Shown: positions 9,132-18,501 of the stretch, piece by piece
Layout: each line of letters starts with the position of its first letter
Numbering within the stretch: position 1 is the stretch's first letter
IMG/VR virus record: IMGVR_UViG_3300009161_000021
Source of the DNA: a virus
Lineage: Duplodnaviria > Caudoviricetes
Strand: one strand, 5' to 3'
Length of the DNA stretch: 64,000 nt
Notes under the pieces: model-generated
The model's database searches: none
Seen by the model: only the letters and a program-made list of their open reading frames with translations
Told to the model about the DNA's origin: nothing
Position numbers and translations under genes: made by a program

Positions 9132-10934
9132 TTATCTCCCTTTCTTGTATTTATTTTTGTTCTTGACACTTTCAAAAAGAATCTTAAGCAGAGATGACCT
9201 TCTGCGGGAATCGACAATCGCTCCGTGCTCACCCTTCAGGATGGACCAGTACTTGTCCTTCATCTCCGGACTCAAGGTCTGGGGCACGTACTGGTCGAAT
9301 GACTGCTTATCATCGGCGGCGAGAAACTGCCTCATCCTTGTCCCTGAGATCTGGACGGTCTCAGCTCTCGATACCGGACGCTGCTCGAATTTCTCTATGA
9401 CAGCTGGATCCCTGATGTTATCAGCCATCTTCGAGGGTGAGTATTTCACCCGAGCGTCCTCATCGTCAGAGTAGAACACGAACTTGCTGACAACGTTCTT
9501 CAGCTGACGCATCTTATCGACAGCGAGGCTCAGCGGAGATTCCGGTGAGATGATGAGGGTCGCATTCGGAAAATCACGGTGAAACTGGGGCTCCAGCACC
9601 GCCTTCCACGCGTCGATCATCACGCCCGGTGGCAGCTCATCGCGGCCAGCGGTCGAAGTGATTATGAGAGCCTCGTCGCACTCCTGAGATGCGAGGCTGA
9701 TCATCTGCCAGTGACCAGCGTGGACGGGCTTTCCAGAGACTACGAAGATTCCAATGCTGATTCCGTTCTGCGTCCCAATCTCGAGACGCTTCATCACCTG
9801 CGTCTTCGTTGTGAGGAACAGGTCCTCCTGACGTTGTATGAGAGTCTTCGGATGATTTAGAGCACCCAATCGATTCGAGATCGCAGCGTCGAAGTAACAC
9901 TCCGCGTGGATCCTCTCGAAAATTTCATCGAGATCGCTCTCGGGCACGTTTCGACGCTGGGCGGGAGCGTGCTCAGACGAGATCTCATTGGCGATGCTAA
10001 CGATGCCGTTCCAGTAAGCCTGTTCGTCCTCCTTCGTCGCAGCCCTAAACTTCTGCTTGATCGCCTGTCGATGCTCAACATCGTGCTGGTCAAAACGAAG
10101 TGCCTTGTACAGGGCCTGGGTGGCCGACGTCCTAAAGACAGATCCCTCTGCTGGTGAGCGCTCGCTCTCTGTTGAGAGCGATGTATCGAAGTCAGAGAAT
10201 AAATCGTAGATAGAATCGACTATCTTCAGAACTCGATCAGGACCAGAGTCTCCGTAAGCTGCTCTTAGCTTTGAATCAAGGTCGGCAGCCCGTCGCTCGA
10301 TGGAAGCGCTCTTGATGCCCGACTTCAATCCCTGGAATGACTCGAGGTTACCTTCGAAGAGAACGGGATATGTCTGAACTCCGAGCAACCTGGCATACTC
10401 CTCGAGCTTTGCCTCATCGTTCTGCGGAGTGATGTTCGAGACAAGATAGGTTCCTGTCACCTTGTACCTTGAAGGACCGAAGAGGGTCAGGAAGATCCCA
10501 TGCTTCCGAGGATACTCACGGCTGATCGTTGGCTTCCGCTGAACAAACTCGAGAAAGAATTCGGTCCCGGGAGGAATCGCAGCGGTGTTTCTATGAACCT
10601 GCGCAAGGTGAGAGTGAACGAGAGAGTACTGAGCTGTTCCGGATGATCCTGAACGAACCTCCTCCTCGCGTGCAGCAAGGCCGCGTGCCTCACCCGGATA
10701 GATGACGTTGCCCTTGTAAGCGATGTACCAATTCTTGGTGTAATCTTCTGGATCGAACGCGTTGTTTCGACGGAGGAGCGTGAGCTTCGTGCCGTCGATC
10801 TTCTCTACGATCTTGATGCTGGGATCACTCAGGAACACCTGGGCTTTCTTTATATCATTGGCCCGCGCGCGTGGAGACGCGTCAGGACGAACCATGACCT
10901 TCTTGAGATCTTCGATCGAGATATCGGTTGACAT
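9132..10934 (-). CDS. Fusion of an ATP-dependent RNA-ligase-like nucleotidyltransferase domain and a C-terminal HxGH cytidylyltransferase/adenylyltransferase-like domain
   Basis: Ligase motifs: I EKIDG (10791-10805), III FFLEF, IV AEGSVFR, V LYK. C-terminal GKPVHAGH (HxGH) followed by a Rossmann-like region and a QISGTRMRQFL motif. Confidence 0.75.
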   Translation of the reverse strand: MSTDISIEDLKKVMVRPDASPRARANDIKKAQVFLSDPSIKIVEKIDGTKLTLLRRNNAFDPEDYTKNWYIAYKGNVIYPGEARGLAAREEEVRSGSSGTAQYSLVHSHLAQVHRNTAAIPPGTEFFLEFVQRKPTISREYPRKHGIFLTLFGPSRYKVTGTYLVSNITPQNDEAKLEEYARLLGVQTYPVLFEGNLESFQGLKSGIKSASIERRAADLDSKLRAAYGDSGPDRVLKIVDSIYDLFSDFDTSLSTESERSPAEGSVFRTSATQALYKALRFDQHDVEHRQAIKQKFRAATKEDEQAYWNGIVSIANEISSEHAPAQRRNVPESDLDEIFERIHAECYFDAAISNRLGALNHPKTLIQRQEDLFLTTKTQVMKRLEIGTQNGISIGIFVVSGKPVHAGHWQMISLASQECDEALIITSTAGRDELPPGVMIDAWKAVLEPQFHRDFPNATLIISPESPLSLAVDKMRQLKNVVSKFVFYSDDEDARVKYSPSKMADNIRDPAVIEKFEQRPVSRAETVQISGTRMRQFLAADDKQSFDQYVPQTLSPEMKDKYWSILKGEHGAIVDSRRRSSLLKILFESVKNKNKYKKGR

Positions 10935-12469
10935 CAGCTTCCCCAGATTGCAGATTCTATGAGACGATTGAGACGATAAGCTTTCGATTCATCGACTTCA
11001 CCTGGAGCTGTGTCGTCCTCAGTGAATCCTTCCTCTCCACGAACCTTGTACTTCGCGTAGAAGCTTGCCTTCATACCCTCGATGTCCATCGTGGAGGATT
11101 CAGCTTCGGGAAGGATTTGCCTGAAGACCTCAAGGATCTTTTCCTTGACGCTCATATCTTCGTTCTTGTCAGTTGCTGAAATTTGCTGGGCAACTGCACC
11201 GAAGAGCCTGATTGCCATCTCCTCGTAAACCCTAACAATTTCAGGTGGAGTCATCCTGTTTTTCATTATATCGAGCGTACCGAGGAATGATCCAAAGTCC
11301 TCCATCTCTTTTTCCGTAGGCGGCGGATTATCTCCGAACATCCCTGTGAATATTTGTCTGATATCACGAATCGCTTGGGTTCTCTCAACTCGTTTCAAGT
11401 ACTTGTAGACATCATTCCCGTTGTGCTGCCAGTCGAGCTTCCTGTACCTGTCGGAGTATCCAGTCACAAGATCGAGGGATTTCATGGGTCTCAAACGAGC
11501 GGGCTTCTTCTCAGCTGCTGAGAGCTCAGCCTTGACCTCGGTCTCAGCTTTACGGCGAGCGGTCGCCGGGCTTATTCGAGGCTGCTGTGATTCGATCTCG
11601 GACGCACGAGCCTGGATCTTGCTCTCGATCTCCTCGGCGCTGGGTGGCACGTACTTCCTGTCCTTGGTCATCGAGATCTTCGGATTCTCGGCCGAGGCTG
11701 CGTCCGTGGCAAGACGTGCATCGATGGGTGGGGGAGAACGAACTGCAGCAAGCGAGAATAGAAGGATCTTGTGCGCGAGACCTTTCACACCCGCCTCGAT
11801 GTCTCTCCAGGAGGACGAGTATGAAAACTTTGCCCACGGAGAGGGTCGACCGCCCTCGTACTCAGATCCTTCGAAGTCAATCTGAAAGAACGTATCCCCC
11901 TCACCGGGAGGAGCGGAGGGATCCCATGTGTAAGCGAAGAGAGCGTTGATCTGGTGCTGACCCGGGCTCTTTTTGTTGTGACCGACGTACGCAATTCTTG
12001 GGGTGAGCTGCTCATCCTCACGACGGTTGAGCGTTGAAAAGAGCCCGTTCATCTTATCAACTGGAACCGTGAGGTCGATGTCCCCCACTGTCGGCTTAAA
12101 CTCTAGGAACTTCTCGTCCGACAGAGTCTCTGGAGGGGCGAAGAGATGCGCTGATGATCCGTTAAAGGCGAATCCGGAACCCAGGACATCATCGCGTTGG
12201 GCTCGATCCCAAAGCGGCTCACCGTGGTCGTTGTTGAACTCATCATCGAGGACCTGAAGCATCTCAATGACGTCGCGTCTCAGATCCTGACGATTTATCC
12301 TGCCGGATCGAAGATCTATTTTTTCAGCAAAAGCAGATCGACCGCGGAACTGCCTGACCTGGTCAGGACCCGAAACTAGGCCCGTCTCTGGGTCTCGAAC
12401 GAGTGCTCTGGTGTTGCCCCCCTCATTGACGGGAGCAGCACCGAACATGAACTTTGAGATGCTAAACAA
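10934..12469 (-). CDS. Pol-beta-superfamily nucleotidyltransferase-like protein
   Basis: TTG start with AAGGAG RBS; NEGGN near N-terminus; GSS...GDIDLTV...FQIDF fits the hG[GS]x(n)DhD...D triad. TGATG overlap with the next gene. Confidence 0.65.
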   Translation of the reverse strand: MFSISKFMFGAAPVNEGGNTRALVRDPETGLVSGPDQVRQFRGRSAFAEKIDLRSGRINRQDLRRDVIEMLQVLDDEFNNDHGEPLWDRAQRDDVLGSGFAFNGSSAHLFAPPETLSDEKFLEFKPTVGDIDLTVPVDKMNGLFSTLNRREDEQLTPRIAYVGHNKKSPGQHQINALFAYTWDPSAPPGEGDTFFQIDFEGSEYEGGRPSPWAKFSYSSSWRDIEAGVKGLAHKILLFSLAAVRSPPPIDARLATDAASAENPKISMTKDRKYVPPSAEEIESKIQARASEIESQQPRISPATARRKAETEVKAELSAAEKKPARLRPMKSLDLVTGYSDRYRKLDWQHNGNDVYKYLKRVERTQAIRDIRQIFTGMFGDNPPPTEKEMEDFGSFLGTLDIMKNRMTPPEIVRVYEEMAIRLFGAVAQQISATDKNEDMSVKEKILEVFRQILPEAESSTMDIEGMKASFYAKYKVRGEEGFTEDDTAPGEVDESKAYRLNRLIESAIWGS

Positions 12470-12485
12470 TTTACGCTCCTTGAGC

Positions 12486-13448
12486 TCAGATGCCCCAGTT
12501 GATCGAGATCTTCCGACGGCCTTCCGTCAATGTACCCCCTGAGCCTCTTGCTATGGGTGCGGTGTCCCTGCGTTGGAGAGCAGCACCATTCACAGTTATA
12601 GACGTCGGAAGAGCCAGCTTCTCATTGACTTTTATCACGTTGGGGTCTGGTTTGTTAAGAGCAGCTGCAAGCGCTTTGTAAGCTGGAGGGGTTCCATTTC
12701 CGTAGAAACGAAGGCAGATCTGCGACAGAGTATCTCCTCTTACGACGGTGTACGTCTTCGTTCCAGGAGTTGGTGTCGGACCAGGACCTGGAGTTGGTGT
12801 GGGAGAAGGTGCCGGAGCGACGGCGCCGCCGGGCTTCCCGCCCGCTTTTTTCCACTTCATGATCGCCGCGCTAATAAAACGCCAGAAGAAATCTGTTCCC
12901 AGAGCGTACGTTCTGTCCTCTCTCTCTAGATTGTCCAGAGCCGGGAAAGCTTCCTTGTACTTGTCGTTAACGATCTTATACAAGCTATCCGCATTGAGAG
13001 TTCCAGACTTAGCAGCGGAGAGAACTTGATCGAATATCTCCTGCTTGTAAGCAGACGGAAGGTCATCAAGGTCACCGTCGTCTTGACCCTCCATTCCACC
13101 TGAAAGTGGGCCCAACGCATCGACATTCATATCACAGTAAAGAAGTGGATCAGTTCCCGTTAGGGTCGAATTGCTAGCTGAATCACGACCCGTCTCTGCC
13201 GTTCCACCTGCGCCGAACATAATATCTTTGAGGTCAGCTTCAAGCTGCGCGTCCGCTGCAGCAGCAGGGTCGACGGGAGCGGAAGGCGCTGCCGGTGTTG
13301 CTGGCGCGGCTGGTGCTGCTTGAGCTGGTGCTGGTGCAGATACGCTCGCTGTTCCTGTATCACCGTCGTCTGCAGGTGCTTCAAACAATCTAACGCGACG
13401 TGATTCCTCACGAAGGATCTGGCGAAGTCTCGCCTCGGTAATCTTCAT
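12486..13448 (-). CDS. LysM domain protein, putative internal virion protein
   Basis: YTVVRGDTLSQICLRFYG...NKPDPNVIKVNEKLALP is a LysM domain after a Pro/Thr linker; leader MKITEARLRQILREE. Confidence 0.85.
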   Translation of the reverse strand: MKITEARLRQILREESRRVRLFEAPADDGDTGTASVSAPAPAQAAPAAPATPAAPSAPVDPAAAADAQLEADLKDIMFGAGGTAETGRDSASNSTLTGTDPLLYCDMNVDALGPLSGGMEGQDDGDLDDLPSAYKQEIFDQVLSAAKSGTLNADSLYKIVNDKYKEAFPALDNLEREDRTYALGTDFFWRFISAAIMKWKKAGGKPGGAVAPAPSPTPTPGPGPTPTPGTKTYTVVRGDTLSQICLRFYGNGTPPAYKALAAALNKPDPNVIKVNEKLALPTSITVNGAALQRRDTAPIARGSGGTLTEGRRKISINWGI

Positions 13449-13507
13449 ACGTTATTTCTCCATACAGGGATACATATTCCGCTCACGAGCAAAAGCGTGC
13501 ACCGAAA

Positions 13508-13542
13508 ACTACAACGGCCACCCAAAAGGGTGGCCGCGTAGT
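13508..13542 (-). terminator. Rho-independent terminator after the major capsid gene
   Basis: Minus strand ACTACG-CGGCCACCC-TTTT-GGGTGGCCG-TTGTAG-TTTT: perfect 9-bp GC-rich stem, extendable, followed by a U tract, about 20 nt after the MCP stop. Confidence 0.85.
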
Positions 13543-13561
13543 GTCCTGAGGACCCCCTACA

Positions 13562-15448
13562 TCAGATGATGTTGAGGTCGAGGCAGGTGACCGTACCGTA
13601 GAAGTCCGACCTGACCATCTTCTTGCCGTAGCGAGTCATGACACCCTTTCTCGGGGTGAAGTCCTCAGGCGCGAAGATCGTCGGGGTGACAATCAGCGGG
13701 ACGTACGGAGCGTAGACGTAGCCGGTCTCGAGGTAGCTTCCGCCCTTGAAACCAACAAGGATCTTGTTGCGGGGGAAGTACGGATCCTTGTACACCGTGA
13801 AGCGGTTGCTCAGGGTACCAACCTTCTCGGCGCCGATCGAGAACGGAGCGCCGACCTGGCCGGAGCCGTCGATGCTGTAGCTCGGGCGGTAGTAGGTCGA
13901 GGCCTCGAGGATCGTGGCGACGTCCGGACCGACCACGATGAAGTTCGCGGAGCCGCGAAGCGTCTTGCGGTGGATCTCGTTGGCGACGTCGATGATCGTC
14001 TCGGTGAGGGTCTCGTACCACTCGCGGACGGTACCGGTGAACATCGGGCCGATGGTACCAGCGCCGCCGGTCGTCTGGAAGACGCCCGTGGTCTTGTTGA
14101 CGAACTTACCAGGAGCGCGGCTCCAGAAGTAGTTCGCGCCGGAGGCCTGCACGAGGAGGTCGTTGAGGATCTCGCGATCCAGCTCGAGGGCAATCTGCTC
14201 GGAGAGGATCTGAGTAAGCTCAACCTCAGCGTCGATGCTGTGGTAAGCGTTCAGATCCTGCGCGAGCTCCGGAGACCAGCGAGCGCGGAGCTTGCGGGTC
14301 GTCGCGGTGACGGCGAGGGACTCGATCTTGATGTCGATCTCGGGGATGACCGGGGAGGGGGTCGTGCCGAAGTTCGACTCGAAGACCGGGATGGTCGCGG
14401 TGGAGCCGGTTGAGGTCTCGACGTCCAGTGAGGAGGCGAGCGGGTAGCTGAGCCTCATCTGACCCGAGCCGCTTGACATGTCGGTGGTGAGGGCACCAGA
14501 GACGACGGTCAGGAGGTGGGTTCCGGAGAGCGGGGTGGGGGTGAAGACGCCGCCAGCCCAAATGCCGATCTGGTTCAGACGACGAAGGTTGAGGACACCG
14601 CTGCCGCCCTGGAATGCCTCGCCGAACACCGTAGCGTCGCCATAGGTCGTCCTCGGGAAGAGAGCGAAATCCTTGGCGAGGCTCTGGTCAGTGGAAGCCG
14701 AGCAAGCGCCGAGCTGCACGACCGCGAACTTGAAGGCGCCGGTTCCGACACCGTTGCCCGGGTTGACGCCCGCCTCGATGAGGGAGGTCATCTGCGGGTC
14801 GAATCCGAGGAGACGACCGTCGGTGCCCGTCGCGAAAGCGAACTTTGTCGCCGCGAAAGCTCCGTTACCACCGAAAGCGCCTGAGGCCTCGACCGTGACA
14901 TTCGTGAGAGCGTGCACGCGGCTGTAAGCGGTTCCGACGAGATCGTACATACCACCCACGGCGAGAGATCCGCTCTGGATTCCCTTACCAACCGGGTTGT
15001 TGTAGATCGACTGGCCGGTGCTGTAGGTCGCCTGGGTGCTATTCGGGGTTCCGTCAACGCCTGAGTTACCACCGCGGTCGTTACCGTAGGTGTAATCCAG
15101 GTAGAACAGGAGACCGGATGGGAGGCTCATTGGCTGGATCGAAACGAGCTCGTTCGCCACTAGACCACCGAAGACGCGGCGGACGATGGGGAACGCGATG
15201 TTCGAGAAGCCGCGGATGTCGCCACCGCCGGAGGTGGAACCGCCACCGGATGACATCGAGTTGCTCTCGCGGAGGAGGTTGGCAGTCTGGTTCTCGAGGA
15301 GGCGAGCCATGTTCTCGCGATTGACGCCCTCAAGGCCACGAAGCAGGCCGGTGCGGCTCCACTTCTCGACGAGACGGCCGTTCTCCGCCCCGACGTCGCG
15401 CCCGCGGATTCCTTCCGAGAGCTGCTCTAGTGTGAAAGTCTTTGACAT
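13562..15448 (-). CDS. gp23: Major capsid protein (T4 gp23-like), 628 aa
   Basis: PIVRRVFGGLVANELVSIQPMSLPSGLLFYL, TATTRKLRARWSPELAQDLNAYHSIDAEVELTQILSEQIALELDREI, YAPYVPL, KGVMTRYG motifs; strong codon bias. Confidence 0.97.
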   Translation of the reverse strand: MSKTFTLEQLSEGIRGRDVGAENGRLVEKWSRTGLLRGLEGVNRENMARLLENQTANLLRESNSMSSGGGSTSGGGDIRGFSNIAFPIVRRVFGGLVANELVSIQPMSLPSGLLFYLDYTYGNDRGGNSGVDGTPNSTQATYSTGQSIYNNPVGKGIQSGSLAVGGMYDLVGTAYSRVHALTNVTVEASGAFGGNGAFAATKFAFATGTDGRLLGFDPQMTSLIEAGVNPGNGVGTGAFKFAVVQLGACSASTDQSLAKDFALFPRTTYGDATVFGEAFQGGSGVLNLRRLNQIGIWAGGVFTPTPLSGTHLLTVVSGALTTDMSSGSGQMRLSYPLASSLDVETSTGSTATIPVFESNFGTTPSPVIPEIDIKIESLAVTATTRKLRARWSPELAQDLNAYHSIDAEVELTQILSEQIALELDREILNDLLVQASGANYFWSRAPGKFVNKTTGVFQTTGGAGTIGPMFTGTVREWYETLTETIIDVANEIHRKTLRGSANFIVVGPDVATILEASTYYRPSYSIDGSGQVGAPFSIGAEKVGTLSNRFTVYKDPYFPRNKILVGFKGGSYLETGYVYAPYVPLIVTPTIFAPEDFTPRKGVMTRYGKKMVRSDFYGTVTCLDLNII

Positions 15449-15503
15449 TTTATATTCTCCAATATGGAAAGTTGTTACAAAAAACGATTAAACCAACGGG
15501 TAA

Positions 15504-17234
15504 TCACTTACCCGGCTTGATACCTGCGAGGATGCCCCAGCGATCGACCTCAACGGATTCATTCAGGTTGCTTGCGCTGCCTGACCGTGTTGATCTGGAC
15601 GATGAGCCCAAAACGCGACCCTCGTTGACTGTTCCCGACTTGGACTTGAGTGACTCAGTCAAGCTCGTGAACAGAAGCTTCGCTTCCCTAACGGACTTCG
15701 CGGCGTCAAGCGACTCAACGATCGCCCTCTGCTGACGCGGCGTGAGGTCGCGATTCTGCATAAGCTTATTAACGTAGAGAAGCTTAGCGTTGAACAGGTT
15801 GACCTCTTCGAGCTGCTCGCGCAGGGTAGCATTTGCGCGCTCAGACTCTGACAGTTGAGCCTTGAGCTCACGATTCTTGCGTGACTCCTCGACTCTCGCT
15901 GATCTTTCATTTTTCGCGGCGTCGGTTGCCTTCTTGGCAACTTCAAGCGCCTTGCTTGCGACGGCCTCGGCCTCATCGGACTCCGAGAGGTGGTTGAGCT
16001 CATCGGGAAGACCCGTGACGCTGCCGCCACCGAATGCCTTCGGCATCGGATCCTTGATTCCCTTCGCGTTCTTGCCCTTTGAGCTCCTGCCCTTCGCCTC
16101 ACGAAGTCTGCTCAGCTCACGACGGAGCATGGACTCATCGACGTTGAAGTGAACGCTCTCGTTCTCGTAGTCTTCGTCCTCTTCAAGCTCGTCATCTTCC
16201 TCTTCGAGCTCGTCGTATTCCTCGTCCATCTCTTCGTACTCATCGAGATCGTCCATCATCTCATAGACTCCCTCGTCTTCCTCAGAGACAGGCGGCGAGG
16301 CACCAGCTGGTGGGGCCGGCGGAGGGGCTGCACCAACAACATCGACCGGCATATCCTCTCCACCCTCAGCACCGGGCTCTTCCTCACCGGCGAACTCGAT
16401 ACCGAAGGACATCCCCTTCAGCTTCTCCTTGAAATCTTCATCGTCGAGTCCCTCGAGATCGGTGGGCTCGAACACGAGCTTCGCCTCTCTACGAAGACGC
16501 GGCTTTCTATCCATTTCCTCTAGGAGGCGACGGAATCTCGCGTTTGTTGACATTTGCTTCATCTCCTTAACTAATGTGTTGAACTTTTGCTTGACTGCAG
16601 GCGTTCCACCATTAGATAGTAGTTGACTCTGCAAATCATGCGTATTTTTCACTAAAATTGCATACGCTGCCCTAAAATTGCTGCTCTCAGAGAGCGGGAG
16701 ACTCTTGGAGACTCTCTTCAGAGACTCGAACTGGCGACGAACCGTCCCGTATGAAACTCTCTGCTTTCTTTCTCCAAGAACCATATCAGCGAGCGCTTCG
16801 AGACCTTCCTTGTTAAGGGAGATATCGACATCGTCTCCTTCAGCAGCATCGGCCTCGGCAGCAGCTGATGCTTCACCGTGCTTATCAACGCGAACGTTTA
16901 TCTTCACCTCAGTCCCAGAAGCTGTCTTCGTGGTGACCGTGTGAGTGACCTCCTCGTCAGGGTCAGGAGCACCTGCGGCTGGTACCATGCCCGCATCGGC
17001 TGCCATGGGTGGTGCTGCGGGAGCGTTCATTTCATCCGGAAGCGCTTCGAGGTCGAGATTCGGAGTCTCATCGTCGGCAGGAACATCCTCATCCTGCTCA
17101 GCGAGCATCTGCTGCTCGATGAGTTGCCTGATTCTGGGTGATATGGATTCAATGATCTTGTTGCGTGCGTTTGCTTCAGCCATCTCTCTAAGGGCCTTTG
17201 CATCTGCTATCGCTTCGTCGAAAAGATTCGGCAT
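15504..17234 (-). CDS. Prohead core / scaffolding protein
   Basis: Immediately upstream of MCP; acidic low-complexity tract, coiled coil, NLFNAKLLYVNKL...AKSVREAKLLF motif, C-terminal RWGILAGIK; many L/V-x-E sites. Confidence 0.75.
   Translation of the reverse strand: MPNLFDEAIADAKALREMAEANARNKIIESISPRIRQLIEQQMLAEQDEDVPADDETPNLDLEALPDEMNAPAAPPMAADAGMVPAAGAPDPDEEVTHTVTTKTASGTEVKINVRVDKHGEASAAAEADAAEGDDVDISLNKEGLEALADMVLGERKQRVSYGTVRRQFESLKRVSKSLPLSESSNFRAAYAILVKNTHDLQSQLLSNGGTPAVKQKFNTLVKEMKQMSTNARFRRLLEEMDRKPRLRREAKLVFEPTDLEGLDDEDFKEKLKGMSFGIEFAGEEEPGAEGGEDMPVDVVGAAPPPAPPAGASPPVSEEDEGVYEMMDDLDEYEEMDEEYDELEEEDDELEEDEDYENESVHFNVDESMLRRELSRLREAKGRSSKGKNAKGIKDPMPKAFGGGSVTGLPDELNHLSESDEAEAVASKALEVAKKATDAAKNERSARVEESRKNRELKAQLSESERANATLREQLEEVNLFNAKLLYVNKLMQNRDLTPRQQRAIVESLDAAKSVREAKLLFTSLTESLKSKSGTVNEGRVLGSSSRSTRSGSASNLNESVEVDRWGILAGIKPGK
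16150..16290 (-). repeat. Glu/Asp-rich low-complexity repeat in the scaffold gene
   Basis: EEDEGVYEMMDDLDEYEEMDEEYDELEEEDDELEEDEDYENE, with repeated DE(Y/L)EE units. Confidence 0.7.
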
Positions 17235-17260
17235 GCTTTCTTCCTATTTCCTACGCTGAA

Positions 17261-17269
17261 TTAAGTATA
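17261..17269 (-). promoter_or_regulatory. Putative late promoter motif (TATACTTAA)
   Basis: 26 nt upstream of the scaffold ATG. Confidence 0.5.
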
Positions 17270-17272
17270 TCG

Positions 17273-17857
17273 TCACGGGTCTTTTTCGAGCTCTTGCTCC
17301 AAATGAATTGCACGTATGAGCCTGCGGAGCCTGCTGGCGGTCAGCTCATCCGAATCCGGGATCTCTGCAAGGGTGTATGCTGGTTCCATGGATCCCGCGT
17401 CCCTGAGTGGAAGCGAGCTGGAGTATCCGGCCTTGGACCCAGAAAGTGAGATTCGAGCGGGAGCTGGTCTTATCGATGGACCGTCAGCACCGACCCCGAG
17501 GACGCCCTGCTTATTCTTATACAGATCAGGCATCGGCGAGATACCACGACCCGTGGTCTGCTCGTGCATTCTGAAATCGGGACTGACCATTCTTCTGTTA
17601 TCGGCCGCACGATCCGCGTAGGAGTCCCAACGGATGTGACCCTGTCCAGCCTTGTTACCGATCGCGACCTGCGTTCGCAGATCTTCCTCGTCCTCAAGAT
17701 CTTCCTCATCATCAACGTCATCTCGAACTATCTCGATATAGGGCCATGAGCCCTGTGACATCCGAGGCAAATCACGACGCCCGTCCGTGCCGTATCCCAG
17801 GCCGGTGCGAGCGTCGTGATTCGGATTGTTAGCCTCGTCGAGGCGACGACGTGACAT
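17273..17857 (-). CDS. Hypothetical protein (head region)
   Basis: 194 aa ORF in operon orientation; begins MSRRRLDEA, ends RLRRLIRAIHLEQE. Confidence 0.8.
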   Translation of the reverse strand: MSRRRLDEANNPNHDARTGLGYGTDGRRDLPRMSQGSWPYIEIVRDDVDDEEDLEDEEDLRTQVAIGNKAGQGHIRWDSYADRAADNRRMVSPDFRMHEQTTGRGISPMPDLYKNKQGVLGVGADGPSIRPAPARISLSGSKAGYSSSLPLRDAGSMEPAYTLAEIPDSDELTASRLRRLIRAIHLEQELEKDP

Positions 17858-17865
17858 TGGGACCC

Positions 17866-18471
17866 TTACGTTAGGGCGCCTGGATTATCGATGTGGGTTG
17901 TCTTCGTTGACCCGTCTGGGAGATTTGCTCCGCTCTGTCCACGGGGCGCGATCGGTCCCGTTGCTTCGATGGTCGTCTCGGCAATTTTCGCAGATGTGCT
18001 CTCGGGAAAGACTGACGTGATAGAGTTACCGCTGCCGAAATTGTCGTTCGCCAATCTTTCAACGCCAGTCGACGTTCCATCGACTTCTGCGGCGGGGTCG
18101 GTCGGGACCACGAGGAATGGATAGTAGCGACCTTCGTACTGACCAGACGTCAGCGTGCCGAACGTGGGAGCTGCAGTCGCAGAAACAACTACGCCGGACG
18201 AATCGACCGGTCCCTGATAGTCAAGATTGACGCCTCCCGGGAATTGGTCAGGATCACCACTCTGCAGCGTTGGCTGCAGATACGTCTTCGCGTTCGCGCG
18301 AACAGTAGCTTCTGTCTCTCCAGCTGTGTACAATGGAGAATTCGGAAACATCGCGCTTAAAGTCGCCGTGTTAGATCTTGCTTCTGATAGCGGAAGCGGC
18401 GTCCCTGCGACGATGACCGTCTGTGTTGTCTTTGGACTAGCGACAATTCTCGTAGGATATTTTCCAGGCAT
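17866..18471 (-). CDS. Hypothetical protein (possible capsid-associated)
   Basis: 201 aa ORF with GGAGG RBS and an upstream promoter-like motif; Pro/Thr/Gly-rich. Confidence 0.8.
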   Translation of the reverse strand: MPGKYPTRIVASPKTTQTVIVAGTPLPLSEARSNTATLSAMFPNSPLYTAGETEATVRANAKTYLQPTLQSGDPDQFPGGVNLDYQGPVDSSGVVVSATAAPTFGTLTSGQYEGRYYPFLVVPTDPAAEVDGTSTGVERLANDNFGSGNSITSVFPESTSAKIAETTIEATGPIAPRGQSGANLPDGSTKTTHIDNPGALT

Positions 18472-18488
18472 TTTTGATTCCCTCCCCT

Positions 18489-18497
18489 CTAACTATT
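18489..18497 (-). promoter_or_regulatory. Putative late promoter motif (AATAGTTAG)
   Basis: 17 nt upstream of the ATG at 18471; identical to the site at 1717. Confidence 0.5.
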
Positions 18498-18501
18498 CCG
18501 A

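Noticed and set aside
12740-12850. Short direct repeats such as GGAGTTGGTGT
   Set aside because: Explained by the Pro/Thr/Gly linker before the LysM domain.
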